64,000 bases of DNA from Actinomycetota bacterium (GCA_016870195.1 VGCC01000003.1:68019-132018); one strand, 5' to 3'. Counted from the stretch's first letter, positions 30,467-38,874 are shown. Numbers and translations are program-made. The notes: generated by a model from the letters alone, not told the origin.

Positions 30467-30942
30467 AGCCGACCCGAATCCCGTTCCTCATCGCCATCGC
30501 GGTCGTCGGTGTTGCGGTGGGGTGGGGCCTTGTCGAGATCGTGTCGGGTCAGACCGGTCGCTCGATTCCGGTACCGCTTCTGGCGGGGACGGCCATCTGG
30601 CTCCTGGCGATCGCCCTGGCTGCGTGGACCTTCTTCCTGCGCCCGCGGTTGCGCAAGGATCCTGGATCCATTCCGGTTCCCCCGATCGCCGCTGCGCGCA
30701 CTGCGGCGTTCGCGATGGCCGCGTCGCGGACGGGCGCAGTGGTCGTGGGGATCTACACCGGCATCGCGGTGGCGACAGTCACCGCCCTCGCGACCCCGGC
30801 GGGCGCATCGGCCTTCAGCTCCGCCGTCCTGGCCGGCACCGGGTCGATCGTGCTCGCGGGTGCGGCCCTCTGGCTCGAGGGACTGTGCCGCATTCCCGAG
30901 GATGATGAGGGTGACAACGACGCCGGTAGGGTCGGACCATGA
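30463..30942 (+). CDS. DUF3180-like four-helix membrane protein conserved after folK
   Basis: ATG 30463 gives an ATGA overlap with folK. Four hydrophobic helices. Same position as the membrane protein that follows folK in other Actinobacteria. Confidence 0.6.
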   Translation: MKPTRIPFLIAIAVVGVAVGWGLVEIVSGQTGRSIPVPLLAGTAIWLLAIALAAWTFFLRPRLRKDPGSIPVPPIAAARTAAFAMAASRTGAVVVGIYTGIAVATVTALATPAGASAFSSAVLAGTGSIVLAGAALWLEGLCRIPEDDEGDNDAGRVGP

Positions 30943-31220
30943 CAGATGAGGTGCTCGAGGATCTCCCATTCGACGAACTGCGTCACCGCGCATTCCACAT
31001 CGCCGAGAAGCACCTGGACATCGGCTTCTTCACCGACCTCTTCTCACACATGCCAGGTATGGTTGCGATCGAAGGGGAGGGTGGCGATCTTGGATCGATG
31101 GGGGGAACCTTCATCGAAACCGTGCGTGCCGTCCGCGAGATGTTCGGCTCCGCTGACCTCGATCCCACGACGGAGGCGCTCCTCCGCGCCCGCTTCGCGA
31201 CCTACATCCGCGAGCACTAG
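30939..31220 (+). CDS. hypothetical 93-aa acidic protein, translationally coupled to the fol operon
   Basis: ATGA overlap with the DUF3180 gene. GC3-rich codons. No family recognised. Confidence 0.55.
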   Translation: MTDEVLEDLPFDELRHRAFHIAEKHLDIGFFTDLFSHMPGMVAIEGEGGDLGSMGGTFIETVRAVREMFGSADLDPTTEALLRARFATYIREH

Positions 31221-32299
31221 CGGTCGATATCTCCGCTGACCAGGAAGAACGACGCCACGGCGTCAGCGAGATCGCCCAGGCTCGTCCCTGGGAGGGCATG
31301 CGAGAGCAGTTGCACATGCGTGAACGAGGGCGTGCGCAACTTCATTCGCCACGGCACCTTATCGCCGCTACTCACCAGTAGTACGCCATGATGTCCGAAG
31401 GGATTTTCCGTCGCCAGGTAGGTGATGCCCTCGGGAACCCGAAGTGTCTTGGGCAAAGGAACATTCACGGGCTCGCCAGAGGAGTCCGCGCACGCTCGGA
31501 TACACACGTCGATCAACTGGGCACTCATCTGGATCTGAGCCACCAGCATGCGATAACGATCTGCTGCGGATCCCTGCCCGGTGATCACGCGAATGTCGAT
31601 CCCGCGGTAGCGCAGATACGGCTCATCGCGACGCAGGTCGTCGGTGACTCCTGATGCCCACCCCACAGGCCCGGATGCGCCCGCGTTCGCCGCCTCCTCC
31701 GTGACGATGGCGAGCGTTTCCCAGTGCTCGGGAATCAGCACGCGTGTTGCCGCATCGCGGCTCCGCCCAGCGAGATCCCAAGCCTCGGTCAATGTCTGTT
31801 TCGGAATGTCGCTCATCAGGCCACCGATGCGGGTGATCATCGGGTGCACCCGTCCACCGGTGGCGCGTTCCTGCCACCGGGCCCAGTCCTCCCGCAATCT
31901 CAGGAGAGACGGGTCCACATAGGACAGCATCAGCAGGTGGGCGGCGATGCGATTGGCCTCCGCCAAGATCATCCGCAGCCATATCGCTCTCTCGGGTGCC
32001 GTGATCCCGGTTGCCTCTTCGACGGCGAGCGCGACGGTCAGTTCCGAGGAGAACGCCGAAAGCCAGTCGTGCCGGTTCGCCAGCATCAGGATCTGGCGGT
32101 AGTCGCGGGCCTCGAACAACTTCTCCGCACTCCGATGGAGGAATCCGATCCGCGGTTCCGCGGCAACGATCGTGTCTCCATCGACGGTCAACGCAAGTTG
32201 GAAACCACCATGGGCGCTGGGATGGTGGTGTCCCAGATCGATGGCGATATCGCAATCGAGGTCGCGCGTGACCCCGAGTCCGGCGATCAGCTGGCGCAC
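31217..32299 (-). CDS. orphan NADH-quinone oxidoreductase subunit D (NuoD/49-kDa)-like protein
   Basis: HHPSAHGGFQL, PRIGFLHRSAEKL and C-terminal KLRTPSFTHVQLL...FLVSGDIDR parallel the NuoD motifs QHPxxHG, GxLHRGxEK and RxPSF...DVDR. GTG 32297-32299 is the likely start (13-nt overlap with the upstream gene). No other nuo genes in the window. Confidence 0.75.
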   Translation of the reverse strand: MRQLIAGLGVTRDLDCDIAIDLGHHHPSAHGGFQLALTVDGDTIVAAEPRIGFLHRSAEKLFEARDYRQILMLANRHDWLSAFSSELTVALAVEEATGITAPERAIWLRMILAEANRIAAHLLMLSYVDPSLLRLREDWARWQERATGGRVHPMITRIGGLMSDIPKQTLTEAWDLAGRSRDAATRVLIPEHWETLAIVTEEAANAGASGPVGWASGVTDDLRRDEPYLRYRGIDIRVITGQGSAADRYRMLVAQIQMSAQLIDVCIRACADSSGEPVNVPLPKTLRVPEGITYLATENPFGHHGVLLVSSGDKVPWRMKLRTPSFTHVQLLSHALPGTSLGDLADAVASFFLVSGDIDR

Positions 32300-33141
32300 G
32301 AAGCCCCCCGATCCTCGATCAGCCAGAGCAGGTCGCCTTCCGCTCCGCCGATCCCGGTCACCTCGGACTGTCGCAGGAGGGGGGCGGCAGCGAGGGAGTC
32401 CATCGCCACATGCGCCGTGATGTTGCATCGACCATCGGGAATCGGCCGCACCACTCGTCCCGATCGGAATCCACGCACGGTGCCCCCGGCCCAGCGACCG
32501 CACCGGCGCTCCTCACGCACATGTCCGTAGTCGATGGCAATTGCAACACCGGCGGTGACGCTCGCGCGCAGCCGCTGCCATACGCGGTCGCGGCTGAGTC
32601 CGACCTCGCGCGTCGCAAAGGGAGTCTCATCAGGCCACCACGTGTCCAGCCATGTCAGATCATTGTGCGAGTGGAGAGGTTCCACGGGTATCGGAAGGGC
32701 GTCATCCTCGATACCCACGACCCAGGGCCGACCGTGCTCGTCGTTCTCGACGATCATGCAGGGGATGTCGTCGAGCAATTCTTGGGCAACGAGGACGCCT
32801 GGAGAGTGCGGAAGTTCGACGCGGCGGATGTCTGCGACGATCCAGTCGGCGTCACATTCTCCTTCGACGAAGTCGACTGCACGCCACCGCATCCGTGGTC
32901 GCACGTGCGAGGGAATCCGTGACCGGATCGCATCGAGTAGATGCCCGTCATCGGCACCGACATCCGTCACGGTGAAGTCCTCCGGTCTCCGGAGTCGATT
33001 CCATTGCTCGAGCACGATGCGTGCGAGCGCGTCCGCGATGCGGCCGCTGGATCGCGAGCTGGTGCGAAAGTGTGCGCTCGGCCGCTGGTGTGGATAGAAG
33101 GTGGCCGTCTCTGCCCAGGCAGTATGGAATGGCCGCATCAT
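32287..33141 (-). CDS. SAM-dependent methyltransferase, MidA/NDUFAF7 (DUF185, COG1565)-like, short form
   Basis: HFRTSSRSSGRIADALARIVLEQW...FTVTDVGADDGHLLDAI and LVAQELLDDIPC parallel the MidA-family blocks DFxTAPExS..FG..LA, ExGxGxGxL and ANEllDAlP. The call is by resemblance. Confidence 0.55.
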   Translation of the reverse strand: MMRPFHTAWAETATFYPHQRPSAHFRTSSRSSGRIADALARIVLEQWNRLRRPEDFTVTDVGADDGHLLDAIRSRIPSHVRPRMRWRAVDFVEGECDADWIVADIRRVELPHSPGVLVAQELLDDIPCMIVENDEHGRPWVVGIEDDALPIPVEPLHSHNDLTWLDTWWPDETPFATREVGLSRDRVWQRLRASVTAGVAIAIDYGHVREERRCGRWAGGTVRGFRSGRVVRPIPDGRCNITAHVAMDSLAAAPLLRQSEVTGIGGAEGDLLWLIEDRGASCAS

Positions 33142-33164
33142 GTGATCACCGTAGGCTCACGCTC

Positions 33165-34037
33165 ATGGCAGAGCCACCACCGCGGCTACGCGTCGGCATC
33201 ATCGGTGCGGGACGCGTTGGCGCGGTGCTCGGAGCTGCATGGCGTCGCGCCGGCCACCACATCATTGGCGTCTCCGCGGTCTCCGACGTGTCACGGCTCC
33301 GTGCTGAGGCACTTCTTCCTGGTGTGCCCATCCGCACGGTGCCGGAGATCTGCGCGGACGCGGAAGCCATCCTGATCGCAGTACCCGACGACGTCCTTCC
33401 CGATCTCGTGCGCGGCTTGGCCAGTACTGGAGTGCTCCGGCCGGGCGTGTTCCTGATCCACCCCTCCGGCCGCCATGGCCTCGCCGTCTTCGAACCCGCC
33501 CAGGGATGCGTTCCCTTGGCCATCCATCCGGTCATGACGTTCACCGGAACGTCGCTGGATCTCGAGAGATTGAGCGGCGTCCCCTGCGGTGTGACTGCGT
33601 CGGAGGAGTTCCGCTCGGTCGCCGAAGCCCTCGCCCTCGAACTCGGTGGAGAGCGGATCTGGGTACCCGAGCCTGCGCGCGTGGAGTACCACGCCGCGCT
33701 CAGTTACGCATCGAACTTCATGAACACCCTGGTGTCCCAGGCGGCGGATCTGCTCGAGAAGGCCGGCATGTCCGATCCCACCCGAATCCTCGCCCCGTTG
33801 TTGCAGGCCTCACTCGATAACGCCCTGCGACTCCGTGATCGGGCGTTGACCGGACCGATCGCGCGTGGCGACGCGGAGAGTGTCGCTTTGCATCTCGAGG
33901 TCCTGGACGAACCTGCGGTCGCTGCGAGCTACCGCGCCATGGGGCGGCTGGCTGCCGACCGAGCACTCGGCGCGGGTCTGATCACGGTCGATCAGGCAGC
34001 CGCGTTGCTCAGTGTTCTTGCGGTTCAGGACGAATGA
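33165..34037 (+). CDS. Rossmann-fold plus DUF2520 protein (ketopantoate-reductase-like) conserved before panC
   Basis: ATG 33165. RVGIIGAGRVGAVLG dinucleotide-binding fold. Followed by panC with an ATGA overlap. Confidence 0.7.
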   Translation: MAEPPPRLRVGIIGAGRVGAVLGAAWRRAGHHIIGVSAVSDVSRLRAEALLPGVPIRTVPEICADAEAILIAVPDDVLPDLVRGLASTGVLRPGVFLIHPSGRHGLAVFEPAQGCVPLAIHPVMTFTGTSLDLERLSGVPCGVTASEEFRSVAEALALELGGERIWVPEPARVEYHAALSYASNFMNTLVSQAADLLEKAGMSDPTRILAPLLQASLDNALRLRDRALTGPIARGDAESVALHLEVLDEPAVAASYRAMGRLAADRALGAGLITVDQAAALLSVLAVQDE

Positions 34038-34852
34038 TGGATGTCTGGCGGAGCCGCACGGAGATCCCTCCGTCGATGGGGCGTCGAGCCGTCGTGATGA
34101 CGATGGGTGCTCTCCACGATGGCCATGCGCAGTTGATGCGCGTCGCGCGTGAGTGCGTTGGTCCTAGCGGTGAGGTGGTCGCGACCATCTTCGTCAACCC
34201 GCTGCAGTTCGGCGCCAACGAAGATCTTGCCGTCTACCCCCGAACACTCGACTCCGACCTTCGAACCTGCGAAGTGGCCGGCGTGAGCGGCGTATACGCG
34301 CCCGAGGTCACCGATGTCTATCCGGATGGTGAGTGCACCATCATCCAGCCCGGACCGTTGGCGGAGATTCTTGAGGGCGCGTCCAGGCCGGGTCACTTCA
34401 CGGGTATGGCGACCGTGGTGGGGAAGTTGATGCAGATCACCAGTCCCGATGTGGCGTTCTTCGGTGAGAAGGACTACCAGCAATTGGTCATCGTGCGGCA
34501 GATGGTCGCCGACCTGAATTTCCCGGTCGAGGTGATCGGTGTCCCCACGGTGCGCGAACCGGATGGTCTTGCGATGAGCAGTCGCAATCGGTACCTCAGC
34601 CCCGACGAGCGCGCGTGGGCCGCGAGCATCCCCCGTGCTCTCGAAGCGGGAACGAAAGAGTCGACGGTCGCATCCATGATCGCCACGACCAAGGAGTGCC
34701 TCGATCCCCACGTGGCGGTGGACTACGTCGTAGTGCGGAGTCCTGAATTACTCGAGACGGTCGGACCGGGTCCCGGTCGTTTGCTCTTCGCCGGGCACGT
34801 GGGTACTACTCGACTCCTTGACAACTGGGAGGTCGACGTCCGTGCAGTCTGA
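34034..34852 (+). CDS. panC: pantoate--beta-alanine ligase
   Basis: MTMGALHDGHAQLM (HIGH-type motif), FGEKDYQQL, MSSRNRYL. Confidence 0.93.
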   Translation: MMDVWRSRTEIPPSMGRRAVVMTMGALHDGHAQLMRVARECVGPSGEVVATIFVNPLQFGANEDLAVYPRTLDSDLRTCEVAGVSGVYAPEVTDVYPDGECTIIQPGPLAEILEGASRPGHFTGMATVVGKLMQITSPDVAFFGEKDYQQLVIVRQMVADLNFPVEVIGVPTVREPDGLAMSSRNRYLSPDERAWAASIPRALEAGTKESTVASMIATTKECLDPHVAVDYVVVRSPELLETVGPGPGRLLFAGHVGTTRLLDNWEVDVRAV

Positions 34853-36488
34853 GCACGCTCTCATCTGCGGTCCCTTGCGCGCGCCTGCTCCCGGGTGGAC
34901 CGCACGCGCTGACGCGATCGTCGTCGGTTCCGGTGTTGCGGGCCTCACCTCCGCATTGCATCTGCGCGATCTGGGACTGCGCGTGCTCCTCGTCACGAAG
35001 GCGCAGATCGATGAGGGATCCACTCGATGGGCGCAGGGGGGCATCGCTGCGGCGTTGAGCGAGGAGGACTCACCCGAGGATCACATGACCGACACGATGG
35101 TCGCCGGTGCAGGCCTCTGCGATCCCGATGGTGTCACGATCCTGGTCACCGAGGGTCCCCACGCGATGCGCGAACTCATGGAGTGGGGGGCGCGCTTCGA
35201 CACCGACCCATCCGGTTCGATCGCGCTCACCCGCGAAGGCGGACACCACCGGGACCGGATCGCGCACGCGGGAGGTGATGCGACAGGGCGCGAGGTGAGC
35301 CGGGCCCTGGTCGCTGCCGTTCATGCGTCACCTGAGATCGAGGTGATCGAGAACGCACTCGTTTTGGACTTGCTGCGTTCCGCAGACGGAGCCGCCCAAG
35401 GGGTGACCCTGCATGTCATCGGCACGGGCCAACGGGACGGAGTCGGCGCCGCACTGGCACCAGCAGTGATCCTCGCGACAGGCGGGATCGGGCAGGTATT
35501 CGGCCAGACCACGAACCCCTACGTGTCCACGGGCGACGGTGTCGCCCTCGCGGTGCGTGCGGGTGCATCGGTCGCAGACATCGAATTCGTTCAGTTCCAT
35601 CCCACGGTGCTGTGGCTCGGCCCGCATGCCCAGGGGCAGCAACCGCTCGTCTCCGAAGCGGTGCGCGGGGAAGGCGCGGTTCTGCGTGACGACGCGGGTG
35701 TCGCGTTCATGGCTGATGAGCACCCGCTGGCGGATCTGGCGCCGCGAGACATCGTGGCGAAGGCCATCATGCGACGGATGCGCGCAACCGGCACCGAGCA
35801 CGTATGGCTCGACGGGCGACATCTCGGAGCTGACGTGTGGGTTCGTCGCTTTCCCACGATCCTGGAGTCCTGCCGACTGCGCGGTATCGATCCGGTGACG
35901 GATCTGATTCCGGTTGCGCCCGCGCAGCACTACGTGTCCGGGGGAGTGCGCACGGACATCGATGGGCGCTCATCGATACGCGGCCTCTACGCATGTGGCG
36001 AAGTGGCCTGCACCGGTGTCCACGGTGCGAATCGACTGGCATCGAACTCGCTGCTGGAGGGGTTGGTCTTCTCCCGACGCATCGCTGCGGCGGTGAGCGC
36101 CGATGAACTGTTGCCAGCCGAGCCCATGCCGCAGGGAACACCGGGGGTCCTCATCCCGGTTCAGCTGCGCCGGCCCATGCAACGCATCATGGACGAGGAT
36201 GCCGGAGTTCTCCGAAGTGCCACCTCGCTGCGGCGTGCGGCAGCATGGCTTGCCGAGGTGGTGCGATCTGCTCCGCAGGATGTGCGACCTACGACGGAGA
36301 ACTGGGAGACGACCAACATCATGACGATCGCCCAGGTCTTGGTTCGACACGCTCTCCTCCGCGAGGAGACCCGTGGCTCGCACTGGCGCGAGGATTTCCC
36401 CGAGTCGGAAGTCGACTGGCAGGTGCGTCTCGTGACGCATATGGATGCCGCGGGTACGTTCGATTCGACCCTGGAGCCTGTTCCATGA
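34842..36488 (+). CDS. nadB: L-aspartate oxidase
   Basis: GTG 34842 with GGGAGG 9 nt upstream. FAD fold VVGSGVAGLTSA. RWAQGGIAA, HPTV and RGSHWRED motifs. Confidence 0.92.
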   Translation: MQSEHALICGPLRAPAPGWTARADAIVVGSGVAGLTSALHLRDLGLRVLLVTKAQIDEGSTRWAQGGIAAALSEEDSPEDHMTDTMVAGAGLCDPDGVTILVTEGPHAMRELMEWGARFDTDPSGSIALTREGGHHRDRIAHAGGDATGREVSRALVAAVHASPEIEVIENALVLDLLRSADGAAQGVTLHVIGTGQRDGVGAALAPAVILATGGIGQVFGQTTNPYVSTGDGVALAVRAGASVADIEFVQFHPTVLWLGPHAQGQQPLVSEAVRGEGAVLRDDAGVAFMADEHPLADLAPRDIVAKAIMRRMRATGTEHVWLDGRHLGADVWVRRFPTILESCRLRGIDPVTDLIPVAPAQHYVSGGVRTDIDGRSSIRGLYACGEVACTGVHGANRLASNSLLEGLVFSRRIAAAVSADELLPAEPMPQGTPGVLIPVQLRRPMQRIMDEDAGVLRSATSLRRAAAWLAEVVRSAPQDVRPTTENWETTNIMTIAQVLVRHALLREETRGSHWREDFPESEVDWQVRLVTHMDAAGTFDSTLEPVP

Positions 36489-37387
36489 CGTATCCCACGT
36501 ACCGCCTCTCCAAGGACGTCTCCGATCGCCTCGCCGCTGCCGGACTTGCGCCCTTCGACGTCGAGAGTGTCATCGCGCGGGCATTGGCCGAGGATCTCGA
36601 CGGAGGTGTCGATGTCACGACGATGGCAACGGTTCCCTCGTCACAGCAGTCACGACTCGCCCTCGTGAGCAGGGCGTCGGGGGTCCTGGCCGGCGTTCCC
36701 GTGGCCGCGGCCGTGTTTGCGATGGTGGGCGACGACGATGTTCGCCTCGAGTGGGAGTCGGAGGATGGCGAACGCGTGACACCGGGCTCACGCGTTCTCA
36801 GCGTCGTCGGTTCGACCCACGCCCTCCTTCGTGCCGAACGTCCGGCGCTCAATCTCCTCGGCCACCTCAGCGGAATCGCAACCCTCACCGCTCGGTGGGT
36901 CGATGCGATCGCGGGCAGTCGCGCGCAGATCCGGGATACCCGGAAGACCACGCCAGGCTTACGTGCCCTTGAGAAGTACGCGGTGCGATGCGGAGGTGGC
37001 CGGAATCACCGTATGTCCCTGGCGGATGCCGCGTTAGTGAAGGACAACCATGTCGCTGCAGCCGGAGGGATTGCGCAGGCATTCCGACTAGTACGCGCAT
37101 CCTCTCCGGACATTCCGATCGAGGTGGAGGTGGATTCCCTCGATCAGCTCACGGATGTGGTCGAGGCAGGGGCGGATCTCGTGCTCTTGGACAACTTCAC
37201 CGTCGATCAGATGCGGGAGGCGGTGCAGCGGGTGGCTGGCCGGGTGCGCCTGGAGGCCTCGGGAGGTCTCACCCTGGATGTCGCCGCGGAGGTCGCTGCG
37301 ACAGGCGTGGACTACCTTGCGGTTGGAGCACTGACACACTCTGCGCCGGTGCTGGATATCGGCGCAGACCTGGAGACGGTGGGGTAG
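36485..37387 (+). CDS. nadC: nicotinate-nucleotide diphosphorylase (carboxylating)
   Basis: ATG 36485 gives an ATGA overlap with nadB. IRDTRKTTPGLR, KYAVRCGGGRNHRMSL, VLLDNF motifs. Confidence 0.92.
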   Translation: MTYPTYRLSKDVSDRLAAAGLAPFDVESVIARALAEDLDGGVDVTTMATVPSSQQSRLALVSRASGVLAGVPVAAAVFAMVGDDDVRLEWESEDGERVTPGSRVLSVVGSTHALLRAERPALNLLGHLSGIATLTARWVDAIAGSRAQIRDTRKTTPGLRALEKYAVRCGGGRNHRMSLADAALVKDNHVAAAGGIAQAFRLVRASSPDIPIEVEVDSLDQLTDVVEAGADLVLLDNFTVDQMREAVQRVAGRVRLEASGGLTLDVAAEVAATGVDYLAVGALTHSAPVLDIGADLETVG

Positions 37388-37391
37388 AGCC

Positions 37392-38150
37392 ATGCTGTTG
37401 GCCATCGACGTGGGCAATACGAATACGGTCCTCGGTCTCTTCGATGGCGACACGTTGACCCGGTCCTGGCGCGTGACCACGAATGCGAGTTCGACTGCGG
37501 ACGAGATCGCCCTCACCTTCCGCGGACTCCTCGACGGTGGATCTGAGGTCTCCGGAATAGCCCTCTGCAGCACGGTTCCCGCGGTGCTTCGCGAGATGCG
37601 GAGCATGCTCTCCCACTATTACGCCGAGGTGCCCACCGTCATCGTCGAACCAGGAACCAAGACCGGTGTCCCGATCCTGACGGACAATCCCAAGGAAGTG
37701 GGTGCGGACAGGATTGTCAACACGTTGGCGGCCCACCATCTTTACGGCGGGCCCAGCATCGTCGTGGACTTCGGAACGTCGACCAACCTCGATGTCGTGT
37801 CTGCATCGGGGGAATTCCTAGGAGGAGCCCTCGCCCCGGGTATCGAAATCTCCCTCGAAGCGCTCTCGAGCCGTGCCGCGCAGTTGCGCAAGGTGGAACT
37901 CGTGAAGCCACGCTCGGTCATCGGGAAGAACACGGTCGAGGCGCTGCAGTCGGGTGCGATCTACGGTTTCGCAGGCCAAGTTGATGGCCTGGTATCGCGC
38001 ATCGTCGAAGAGATCGGCGAACCCACTGCTGTCATCGCAACGGGGGGACTTGCTCCCGTTGTGATCGGTGAATCGACGACGATCACCCACCATGAGCCCG
38101 ATTTGACACTGATCGGCCTGCGCTTGGTGTTCGCGAAAAACCTGGACTAG
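37392..38150 (+). CDS. coaX: type III pantothenate kinase
   Basis: MLLAIDVGNTNTVLGLF ... VVDFGTSTNLD ... ATGGLA. Confidence 0.93.
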   Translation: MLLAIDVGNTNTVLGLFDGDTLTRSWRVTTNASSTADEIALTFRGLLDGGSEVSGIALCSTVPAVLREMRSMLSHYYAEVPTVIVEPGTKTGVPILTDNPKEVGADRIVNTLAAHHLYGGPSIVVDFGTSTNLDVVSASGEFLGGALAPGIEISLEALSSRAAQLRKVELVKPRSVIGKNTVEALQSGAIYGFAGQVDGLVSRIVEEIGEPTAVIATGGLAPVVIGESTTITHHEPDLTLIGLRLVFAKNLD

Positions 38151-38833
38151 CGAGTCGCGCGCACGAGCGCGGGGACCACACCCAACCCATGCACCGGGCC
38201 TCGCGTGCGAGGCAGGATCAGAGTCCGCATCCCGATATGGGCCGCACCGGCGTCGTCCTTGCCGCTGTCGCCCACCATCAGGACGCTCGCCGGCGCACAT
38301 CCGATGGCATTCGCCGCCTCGTGGAATATCCGGGCATCGGGCTTCACGCACCCGATCTCGCAGGAGAGCGTCACCCCATCGACATGCTCAAGCAGCCCCT
38401 CGCGCTCGAGAATCGGGCGGATACTTACTCCCACATTGGAGATAATCCCGATGCGAAGGTCCAAGGAACGGAGCTCGATCAGGGTAGGCACCGCATCGGT
38501 ATAGGCATGCCAAGCGTCGAGCAGGGTGGTGTAGAGCGCCGTGGCAAGGGCCTGATCGATCCCGGGTCCGTCATCGATGAGGGCGTGGAACACCTCTTCG
38601 TGCAGCACCGGATCGAGATCACGTCGACTATCCGGATCGTGCACCCGCGCGTTCTCCCAGACCAGATCGAGGAAGTCGACCAGGGTGTTGCGTTCCTGGG
38701 GTGCCAGGTCCACCGGTGCGCGTACCAGGGCTGAATCTAGCCATTCATCCGCTGAACCTTGATCAATCAGCGTGGAATGCAGGTCGAAGATGACCCCCCG
38801 AATCGGTTGCGGCGGTTCTAGTGGGAAGGACAC
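38147..38833 (-). CDS. HAD-superfamily hydrolase
   Basis: GVIFDLHSTLID (motif I variant), ISNVG (motif II), MVGDSGKDDAGAA (motif IV). GTG start. Confidence 0.7.
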   Translation of the reverse strand: MSFPLEPPQPIRGVIFDLHSTLIDQGSADEWLDSALVRAPVDLAPQERNTLVDFLDLVWENARVHDPDSRRDLDPVLHEEVFHALIDDGPGIDQALATALYTTLLDAWHAYTDAVPTLIELRSLDLRIGIISNVGVSIRPILEREGLLEHVDGVTLSCEIGCVKPDARIFHEAANAIGCAPASVLMVGDSGKDDAGAAHIGMRTLILPRTRGPVHGLGVVPALVRATR

Positions 38834-38837
38834 ACCA

Positions 38838-38870
38838 GCAGGCTAGGCCACACCGCATCCACTAGCCTGC
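38838..38870. promoter_or_regulatory. 9-bp perfect inverted repeat in the 41-nt HAD/lysS divergent spacer
   Basis: GCAGGCTAG (38838-38846) - 15 nt - CTAGCCTGC (38862-38870), ending 4 nt before the lysS GTG. Confidence 0.3.
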
Positions 38871-38874
38871 CGAC

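Noticed and set aside
31217-32503. Reading the NuoD-like gene as part of a respiratory nuo operon, using the full 428-aa ORF
   Set aside because: No nuoA-C or nuoE-N genes flank it. The first 68 codons of the ORF overlap the methyltransferase gene and are Arg-rich noise. GTG 32299 gives an N-terminus of NuoD-like length.
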